From Candidatus Brocadia sp. (GTDB lineage: Bacteria > Planctomycetota > Brocadiia > Brocadiales > Brocadiaceae): a DNA stretch of 32,000 nt. Positions within the stretch are counted from its first letter, which is position 1. Every line of letters begins with the position of its first letter. The notes below the pieces were generated by a model. The model ran no database searches. It was not told where the DNA came from and worked only from the letters and a program-made list of their open reading frames with translations. The stretch covers positions 1,320,001-1,352,000 of the forward strand of contig CP091279.1 in assembly GCA_021650915.1 (NCBI GenBank), in the 5' to 3' direction. This document shows positions 1-6,326 of the stretch, piece after piece. Position numbers and translations under genes: made by a program.

Positions 1-1110
1 AAGGGTCTACATTCCCAAAGGCAGGCATGACAAGAGACCTCTTGGCATTCCCATTGTCAAGGACAGGTAGTACAGCAAGCGGTCAGACAAATCATAGAGC
101 CAATATTCGAGAAAGAATTCTCGGATAACAGCTTTGGATTTCGTCCAAACAGATGCTGTCATGATGCTATCAAACGGATTGAACAGTATAAGCAGCAAGG
201 GTATCGGAACATTTTGGACGCCGATATAAAGGCGTTCTATGACACCATACCTCACAAGCTTATCATGAACTCCTTGCGTGAGAAAATCGCTGACGGATGG
301 GTGTTGAACAGTATCGAGAACATGCTCAAGGCAGGGGTCATGGAGAACGGCATCGTGCACGAGACAAATCAAGGCACTCCGCAAGGAGGCGTCATATCTC
401 CCTTGCTTGCAAACCTTATCGGTGACATCATCGACAAGGAGCTTGAAAAGGCAGGATATAAATTTGTCCGCTATGCCGATGACTTCGTTGTCATGACTAA
501 AACAAAAGAAGAACTCCCTACCGCCCTTCAGTACGTCAAAGAAATCATCGAAGGGAAACTTGAAATGAAGCTGAGCGAGGATAAAACCAGGCTCACCAAC
601 TTCAAACGAGGCTTCCGGTTTCTCGGATATAATTTCATGGGCAAGAACAAGGGTGTAAGCATGAAATCCCTGGACAAACTCAAGGACGCCGTCAGAGACA
701 TCACCAAACGCACACAAGGCGTCAACCTGCAAGCCGTCATTGATACATTAAATCCTGTCATAAGGGGACATGTCAACTATTTTCGGCTGGGCAATGTACA
801 AACGGTATATCGCTCGTTAGACTGCTGGGTACGCATGAGACTGAGAAGTTTCAAGTTTTCGAGAAAATGGAAAACTGACAACAAACGTTTCCCGGTACAC
901 CGATTCTTTAAGATGGGGTTACTCTCATTTGAAAGAGAATTTCTTAAGGCACGTGCGAAGGCACGATAGTTTACTTTTCTCTGCTCCAGAGCAACACTAT
1001 GGGGTCGCTAACTACGGGAAAGCCGTATGGTTTAAAAGGATGCTTTGGTACGTTGTTCAAAGTATCTGGCGACGATTGGGGGTTGGAGGCGATTCGCCTC
1101 CTTCCTACCA
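1..1110 (+). mobile_element. Group II intron, 3' portion (5' end lies left of the window): intron-encoded protein ORF plus about 140 nt of post-ORF RNA; 3' boundary approximate
   Basis: The RT/maturase ORF has group II hallmarks: RVYIPK..RPLGIP, SFGFRPNR, TPQGGVISPLLAN, YADDFVV and the X-domain motif IRGHVNYF. There is no endonuclease domain. A non-coding tail follows the TAG at 967-969. It contains AGCCGTATG (1021-1029), which resembles the 5' half of the domain V consensus. It also contains a 9-bp hairpin (GATGCTTTG 1039-1047 / CAAAGTATC 1058-1066) and a GC hairpin (GGAGGCG-ATT-CGCCTCC, 1085-1101). I could not fold a canonical domain V or VI by hand, so the ribozyme part and the exact 3' end are unverified. 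Confidence 0.6.
2..969 (+). pseudogene. Group II intron reverse transcriptase/maturase, N-terminus cut by the window edge and interrupted by a 1-nt frameshift at about 65-70
   Basis: The frame starting at nt 2 reads RVYIPKGRHDKRPLGIPIVKDR and then hits TAG at 68-70. The frame starting at nt 64 continues QVVQQAVRQIIEPIFEKEFSDNSFGFRPNRCCHDAI... through YADD and the X domain to TAG 967-969. One extra G in the GG run at 66-67 would restore the canonical ...KDRVVQQA... junction. This could be a true pseudogene or a homopolymer sequencing error. Confidence 0.75.
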
Positions 1111-1124
1111 GCTAGGTGAGTAAA

Positions 1125-1403
1125 ATGGCACGGACGACGGATAGCGATATGCGCGCCGAGTATGATTTTAGAGGTGGAGTGCGTGGCAAGCATTACAGAG
1201 CCATGCAAGCTGGATATACAATTACTATTCATGAAGCGGATGGCACAACTGTCGTTAAGGATGTGATACCAAAAGAGGGCGCAGTCATCCTGGAACCAGA
1301 TGTTAGAGCATATTTTCCAGATTCAGAATCAGTAAATAGGACTTTGCGTTGTTTAATTCCGCTGCTGCCCAAAAAGCTTAAAACAAAAGCTAAAAAGGCC
1401 TAA
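1125..1403 (+). CDS. Small antitoxin-like protein (about 92 aa) with an N-terminal AEYDFRGGVRGK motif and a C-terminal LEPDVRAYFPDSESVNRTLRCL segment
   Basis: A Shine-Dalgarno (SD) sequence AGGTGA (1114-1119) sits 5 nt before the ATG at 1125. The ORF track starts at GTG 1116. From memory, the EYDF-x-x-G-x-RGK plus (L)xPDV..F..SE.VN..LR pattern recurs in small type II antitoxin-like proteins. No toxin partner is visible on either side. The functional call is tentative. Confidence 0.4.
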   Translation: MARTTDSDMRAEYDFRGGVRGKHYRAMQAGYTITIHEADGTTVVKDVIPKEGAVILEPDVRAYFPDSESVNRTLRCLIPLLPKKLKTKAKKA

Positions 1404-1444
1404 CAAGTCGCTCCGCTTAACCCACCCTTATACAGCAAACCAGC

Positions 1445-1579
1445 ATGAAGACAGGCAACGTTTACCAAGAATTTAAATCCTTAACGCAAAACCAGTGCAA
1501 ACATATTTTCGGCACACCTTTTTCTGAATTTGAAATTCCGCACCGGAAATGCAGGAAGGCGCAGAACAATGACCGTTGA
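1445..1579 (+). other. 44-aa ORF (MKTGNVYQEFKSLTQNQCKHIFGTPFSEFEIPHRKCRKAQNNDR), a possible HTH remnant of an IS-type transposase OrfA or a small upstream gene
   Basis: I translated this by hand from ATG 1445 to TGA 1577-1579; it is below the ORF-track cutoff. LTQNQCKHIFGT resembles the L..(D/Q)FKRLTGV N-terminal helix-turn-helix of IS5-group OrfA proteins, as I remember them. It overlaps the ATG (1569) of the next gene by 11 nt. The evidence is weak. Confidence 0.2.
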
Positions 1580-2090
1580 TGTTAAGAAATTAGAACGCGC
1601 GTTACCCGTCCATGCCTATGGAAAAGACAAGGCCAAGAGTTTTCGGCAGCTTTTGAATGAAATTGCAACTGGCGAGACGCAAATCATCTGGCAGGAGAAC
1701 CGCCCCATCCGTTTGCTCAGCATTGTTGTTGTCAAAGTGCACTGCCGGGATAAGACCTTAGTTGAAGACCGGCAGGTGTTTCCTGACGGACGGGTTCGCT
1801 ATCGGGGAATTGAGGGACTTTCCGAAAAGCTTCATCCGCAGGAAGAACACAGCAAAGGAGTCTATCGTGCCCTGCAGGAAGAACTGGGTTTTTCGGCGGA
1901 TGAACTGCAAGGTATATCCATTCAGTTTTTGGGGCGGGAATGGGAGAAAAAGGAAAGCCTTTCATATCCGGGTCTTGAGTCGCACTATGACACTTATACA
2001 TATGAGGTGCATATCCCAGACACCCTGTACAAACCCGAATACACCGAGTTGTGCGAAGAGGGGATGCATTCGTACTTCACTTGGAAGTAG
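1569..2090 (+). CDS. Hypothetical protein, Nudix-fold-like with a degenerate Nudix box
   Basis: An SD AGGAAGG (1552-1558) precedes the ATG at 1569; the track ORF begins at TTG 1530. The segment GIEGLSEKLHPQEEHSKGVYRALQEELGF matches the distal part of the Nudix signature (E-x7-R-x-L-x-E-E-x-G-F). However, the conserved Gly is missing at the G-x5-E position, and it reads RA instead of RE. The beta-rich context (LLSIVVVKVH...LVEDRQVFPDGRVRY) is compatible with a Nudix fold. Confidence 0.35.
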   Translation: MTVDVKKLERALPVHAYGKDKAKSFRQLLNEIATGETQIIWQENRPIRLLSIVVVKVHCRDKTLVEDRQVFPDGRVRYRGIEGLSEKLHPQEEHSKGVYRALQEELGFSADELQGISIQFLGREWEKKESLSYPGLESHYDTYTYEVHIPDTLYKPEYTELCEEGMHSYFTWK

Positions 2091-2226
2091 CAGGCCTGTT
2101 CAGGATGCCTAACATTCCATCACACCGATGGCCCTGGCGTACATTATTTTATCGCATTTCTCGTCTGCAACGTCAGGCTGAGAAGGGCATGTCGGATGCG
2201 TAGTGGGAGAGACACGCAGACCCTGA

Positions 2227-3426
2227 TTACTGAATTTCCTCGTTTTTCATAAGGGGATATACCCTTGCAAAGATGGCTTTGAGATACCGGCCTTCAGGAA
2301 AGATCGTCGAAAAGGGGTGATCAGGCGATGCGCCGGTAATCTGAAAGATTTGCAACACGACCCCTGCCTCAGCAGCCGAACGAGTCAGAATGGAAAGAAA
2401 CTCCCGTTCCGATACAAGACCGGAACAAGAGCAGGTAAGCAAGAGGCCTCCCGGTTTAACGACTTGCATGCCAAGCCGGTTGATGTCCCCATAGGTTCGA
2501 TGCGCCCGCTTGATCTCTTCGGTACACCCGGCAAGTTTTGCCGGATCGAGGATGACAACGTCCGTTTGCACGCCTTTACTGATCATGGTACGCAAGTAGT
2601 CAAATACGTTGGTGTGCTGAAACGTTACTTTTACCGAATTGAGCCGGGCATTTTCCCGGGCTGTTTCCAGCGCTTTTTCATCCAAATCTATCCCCGTTGC
2701 CGACCTTGCGCCTGCCAGCATTGCAGAGATGGCAAAGCCGCCCGTATAACAAAAACAGTCGAGCACGTCTCTGTCCTTGCAATACTGTGACAGGACAAAG
2801 CGATTCTCACGCTGGTCGAGAAAAAAGCCTGTTTTATGTCCCGTTTTCAGATTTACCGTCATCTTTAAATTATGTTCTTTGATTTCTACCGCATCATGAC
2901 TGGCGTAAGCACTGGCAATCTTCGCAAAGCTCACCCCCTCCTTAGCGGCAATCCGTTCATCCTGGCGTACGACGATCCGGCTGCCGGCATAGAGGGATTG
3001 CAAAGAGGATGCGATCCATTCCATAATTCCGAGATACCCGGCAGAGTACGGTTCCACGACGAAGGTATCGGCAAATTTATCAATAATCAAGCCAGAAAGG
3101 CCGTCGGCTTCTCCATGCACCAGCCGGTAGCAGTTGGAGGTCCGCTGTATTCCCAGAATTTCTTCACGCAGGCTCTTTGCCTGTTCCAGTTTTTTAAAAA
3201 AGAACCCACGGTCCAGCGTTTCACGGATATTCTCAGTTAACAAACGAATGCCAATATTACTTTTCTTATTATAGATCCCCCTGCCAATAAAGATTCCTTC
3301 CCGTGAAATTACCTCTACCAGGCTGCCTGGCCGCAGGTGCTGCTGAGGATGACGGATCATCCGGCTGAATATCCATGGATGGAGTGAGTTCCGCCTGGCC
3401 TTGAGTGATATTATGGGCAGTTTCAT
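2227..3426 (-). CDS. rlmI: 23S rRNA (cytosine-C5) methyltransferase, RlmI/YwbD family (PUA + class I SAM methyltransferase)
   Basis: The N-terminus LKARRNSLHPWIFSRMI...GSLVEVISREG is PUA-like. It also has YRLVHGEADGLSGLIIDKF, the SAM-binding LDCFCYTGGFAISA...GIDLD, and DVVILDPAK. The start is placed at Met16 (MKLPIISLK) by alignment logic. The alternative start at 3471 is not excluded, and neither has a strong SD. Confidence 0.8.
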   Translation of the reverse strand: MKLPIISLKARRNSLHPWIFSRMIRHPQQHLRPGSLVEVISREGIFIGRGIYNKKSNIGIRLLTENIRETLDRGFFFKKLEQAKSLREEILGIQRTSNCYRLVHGEADGLSGLIIDKFADTFVVEPYSAGYLGIMEWIASSLQSLYAGSRIVVRQDERIAAKEGVSFAKIASAYASHDAVEIKEHNLKMTVNLKTGHKTGFFLDQRENRFVLSQYCKDRDVLDCFCYTGGFAISAMLAGARSATGIDLDEKALETARENARLNSVKVTFQHTNVFDYLRTMISKGVQTDVVILDPAKLAGCTEEIKRAHRTYGDINRLGMQVVKPGGLLLTCSCSGLVSEREFLSILTRSAAEAGVVLQIFQITGASPDHPFSTIFPEGRYLKAIFARVYPLMKNEEIQ

Positions 3427-3564
3427 AGTGGATGAGAGATGTCTTGCCTGGCTGGAAATTTCTTCATGCACTTTGCGTACGGCAATGAGTTTATCCCGAC
3501 AGTTTTCATATAAGCAATAATATCGTATCTTCCAAAGATGTTTTTGAAATATTTGGTAAATATA

Positions 3565-3609
3565 TGAGCCAGCTCTGTCAGTGTCTTAAACCCTGACAGG
3601 GTTGGCTCA
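3565..3609 (-). terminator. Candidate intrinsic terminator downstream of the CNNM-like gene
   Basis: The minus strand reads TGAGCCAACCCTGTCAG-GGTTTAAGACA-CTGACAGAGCTGGCTCA. That is 15 of 17 positions paired (7+1+7 bp with two single mismatches). It is followed by TATATTTACCAAATATTT and begins 11 nt after the stop at 3621. Confidence 0.4.
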
Positions 3610-3620
3610 CATTTCCGTTT

Positions 3621-4643
3621 TCATTCTTCCGGAACAGTCTTTTCCTTCAGTTCGCCAAAAATAACCCTCAGGATATCCTTAATCTCAATCAATCCTGAAA
3701 TGACACCGTGAGCGTCTCTGACGATGGCGATGTGTAATCCCTGCTGCTGAAATTCCGTAAATATCGTACTGATCTTTTTATCCTCGGCAACAAAATACGG
3801 TTCCATGATAAGGTCTTCCAGGATAAAAAGCGGATTATTTGCCACCATATTAATAATTGCCTTTACATGGACAATCCCTATGATCGTATCCAGGCTATGC
3901 CGGTACACCGGGTATCGGGTATGTCCTTCATCTGTTATAATTCTCATGATATCTTCGCGCGTCATATCGGTATGAATAGCGACAATCCGTTGCCTGGGCA
4001 CCATCACTTGTTTAGCGAGTTTATCGCTAAATTCGAATATTTTGTGCAATAACTTGTGCTCGCCATCAACCAGGTTGCCCGTTTCGCCGCTTTCTTTAAT
4101 GATATGTTTTACCTCCTCACGGCTAAAGATCGTTTTTTTATATTCAATCTTCAAGCCAAACAGGTTAAAAAAGAGATAGGTAAGATACGTAATGAGAGTA
4201 ACACACGGCGACAATAACCATCGCACCCACTCAAAAGGTTTCACGATAATTAAGGATAAATGTTCAGGAAACTGGGTTGCCAGTACTTTCGGAAAAGTTT
4301 CTGCAAATAAAAGGAGGATAAAGGCTACAATCAACGGCGCCAGGATTACCCCCCACTCCTGCAAATAATATATAGCAACCGTTGTCCCTATGGTTGATAC
4401 GGTAGTGTTGACAATATTATTTCCGGTAAGGAGGGTGCTGAGAAGTTTATCCGGTTCATTGATAATATTAAAAATCGAGACCGCTCTTTTGTTCTTTTGC
4501 TTGATGAGATAATCCAGGCGTATCTTGTTAAGAGAGAAAAGGGACGTTTCCGTGAGTGAAAAAAAAGCAGATACGAAGAGAAGCAGAAAGAAGAGAATGA
4601 GCATAATAATGATTTCTAACGTGGAAAAATGCATTGGGTTCAT
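3621..4643 (-). CDS. CNNM/CorB-like membrane protein (DUF21 transmembrane domain + CBS pair), lacking a CorC/HlyC C-terminal domain
   Basis: The N-terminus is hydrophobic and includes FFSLTETSLFSL, typical of DUF21. A CBS-pair region follows (VMVPRQRIVAIHTDMT...GHTRYPVY...IIGIVHVKAI...LHIAIVRDAHGVISGLIEIKDIL). The ORF ends shortly after the second CBS domain. Confidence 0.8.
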   Translation of the reverse strand: MNPMHFSTLEIIIMLILFFLLLFVSAFFSLTETSLFSLNKIRLDYLIKQKNKRAVSIFNIINEPDKLLSTLLTGNNIVNTTVSTIGTTVAIYYLQEWGVILAPLIVAFILLLFAETFPKVLATQFPEHLSLIIVKPFEWVRWLLSPCVTLITYLTYLFFNLFGLKIEYKKTIFSREEVKHIIKESGETGNLVDGEHKLLHKIFEFSDKLAKQVMVPRQRIVAIHTDMTREDIMRIITDEGHTRYPVYRHSLDTIIGIVHVKAIINMVANNPLFILEDLIMEPYFVAEDKKISTIFTEFQQQGLHIAIVRDAHGVISGLIEIKDILRVIFGELKEKTVPEE

Positions 4644-4683
4644 AAAGATAGCTCCCTTTTTCTAATTCTCTCATGAGGGAAGA

Positions 4684-5142
4684 TTATTCCTTTTCATTTT
4701 CAATGATCAGATTCATGATCTCTTCCGACGATGTGGATTTCATAATCTTTTGTTTGAAAGATTCATTGACAAAAAGACGCGCTACCCTGCTTAAAAGGGC
4801 AAGATATTTGTTGTCAAATCGTTCTTTTGTTGCAATAAGAAAAATGACATGAACGGGTTGCATATCAATGGCATTGAATTCAACCCCCGGTTGTGAAATC
4901 GCCAGGCATCCAACAATATCCGTTACGCAGGAAGTTTGAGCATGGGGGATTCCAACCCCACCGCCAATACCTGTGCTCCTTATTTTTTCCCGTTCCATTA
5001 CCTTCCTGAGAAGATCTGTTTCACTGGTTACCTTTCCTGAAGTTCCGGCCACCTGCACCATTTTTCCCAGCACATCGGTTTTCCCCTCCCCGCTGATGTT
5101 AATAATAATCCGCTCTTTGGTAAGGACATCTGATGGTTTCAT
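4684..5142 (-). CDS. ptsN: PTS EIIA-type regulatory protein (EIIA-Ntr / PtsN-like)
   Basis: STGIGGGVGIPHAQT contains the EIIA phospho-histidine motif. LAISQPGVEFNAIDMQPVHVIFLIA is also typical of this family. The start is placed at Met15 (MKPSDVL), preceded by AAAGGGG. The track start is 5184. Confidence 0.7.
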   Translation of the reverse strand: MKPSDVLTKERIIINISGEGKTDVLGKMVQVAGTSGKVTSETDLLRKVMEREKIRSTGIGGGVGIPHAQTSCVTDIVGCLAISQPGVEFNAIDMQPVHVIFLIATKERFDNKYLALLSRVARLFVNESFKQKIMKSTSSEEIMNLIIENEKE

Positions 5143-5344
5143 ACCGACCCCTTTCACCAACGTAATTCCCTTACAGTCGGGCATGAGTCAGGGTAAAACA
5201 CAAACACCATCTTATGCCGCATTTGCAATACCCGGAGACTATGCCTTGTTATGTTCAGATAACGTTTCTTACGGTGCATTCTAATGTATCATTGCAAAAA
5301 ATCAATGCATTAAACCCTTTCGCTTTTACTGAAATCATGATACG

Positions 5345-6280
5345 TCAGGAGATAGCCACCGTTCCATGAGACGGACGAATGAGTTGCTCTAATATATCTT
5401 TTTGCCCGATTATCTCCTTCGCTACGTGAATTGAGCCAACAAACTTCCCTCGCACATCAACATGGGGAAAGGTGGTGACATGAAAGGCGCCCCCCATGTG
5501 CTGATCATCGATCATCTCCGTGCATGGCGCCATAGTCTCCATCGTCCTGCGGTGCGGACAAGTCTTCCAGGGCTCCTCTGCGCAGTGGAATATTTTATAA
5601 CATTTCTCCCCAACAATCTGTCTGATATCCATCTTGAATTTCCTCGCTACCGCCTTATTTGCGCGAAGAATCGTAAAGTCTTTATCGTGAATGCTAATAA
5701 GATCATCCAGTGCGTCAAAAGTGCTTTCCCAGTCAAATTTCGAACTTTCTATGGACTTGATGGTATCCATTAAGGTTGCGTTTTCAATACTTACCGCAAG
5801 ATAGCTGGCCAGCATGGTCAGAAAAAGGTTTTCATATTTGTCGTGTTCTAACCCATGAAATTTTTCTGGTACGATACTGAATACCGCCGATAAACCGATG
5901 AGTTTCCGGTTGTAGATAAGGGGTGTATTCATAAAAGAAGTATATCGCAGGTCCAACACCGGATGGGTTACAATATCTTTCAGGCGGAGAGAACGAGGCA
6001 AAATAACACCTTTAATTTTTGAAAAGGGGATCCCTGATGAACACACAGGAGTAAGGCTGTCATCACGGGTATTTAAGAAAAGCACCGACGCATCTGCCTC
6101 GGTAAAAATCTGAAAATGACGGGTTGCCGCCCGTAAAACTGCCTTGTAATCCAAAGCCCTGGCGGACATCATAAACGCATCTGAGAGGATCTTTATCCGT
6201 TGGTATAATCTCTTTTCATCCGAAACAGATGGCATATTTCCCGAATCCCATGAAAAATAACTATCGGCAAATTCAAACAA
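5345..6280 (-). CDS. Stand-alone sensor protein: GAF-like N-terminal domain + PAS domain carrying a Cys4/His cluster; no output domain
   Basis: Residues about 25-170 are GAF-like. Residues about 183-290 are PAS-like (WESTFDALDDLISIHDKDFTILRANKA...). The PAS region contains GEKCYKIFHCAEEPWKTCPHRRTMETMAPC, with Cys227, Cys233, Cys241 and Cys253. The ORF ends without a kinase, GGDEF or DNA-binding domain. Confidence 0.65.
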   Translation of the reverse strand: MFEFADSYFSWDSGNMPSVSDEKRLYQRIKILSDAFMMSARALDYKAVLRAATRHFQIFTEADASVLFLNTRDDSLTPVCSSGIPFSKIKGVILPRSLRLKDIVTHPVLDLRYTSFMNTPLIYNRKLIGLSAVFSIVPEKFHGLEHDKYENLFLTMLASYLAVSIENATLMDTIKSIESSKFDWESTFDALDDLISIHDKDFTILRANKAVARKFKMDIRQIVGEKCYKIFHCAEEPWKTCPHRRTMETMAPCTEMIDDQHMGGAFHVTTFPHVDVRGKFVGSIHVAKEIIGQKDILEQLIRPSHGTVAIS

Positions 6281-6326
6281 TCCCGGTGAAACGGCCTGCC
6301 CCTTTTCTCACCGACACTTGCTGGTT

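Noticed and set aside
7-732. A 241-aa ORF antisense to the intron RT. Similar long antisense ORFs occur at 2317-2790(+), 12178-12519(+), 17468-17836(-), 26410-26835(+) and 28399-29121(+).
   Set aside because: Each lies fully inside a confidently identified gene on the opposite strand. Their translations are low-complexity or motif-free. They are typical shadow ORFs.
1021-1059. AGCCGTATGG...GGTACGTTGTTC read as a canonical group II intron domain V.
   Set aside because: The 5' half matches the consensus. The 3' half would need an extra UU, and the upper helix does not pair. An alternative 9-bp hairpin (1039-1066) competes for the same bases. It is left as a motif-level hint only.
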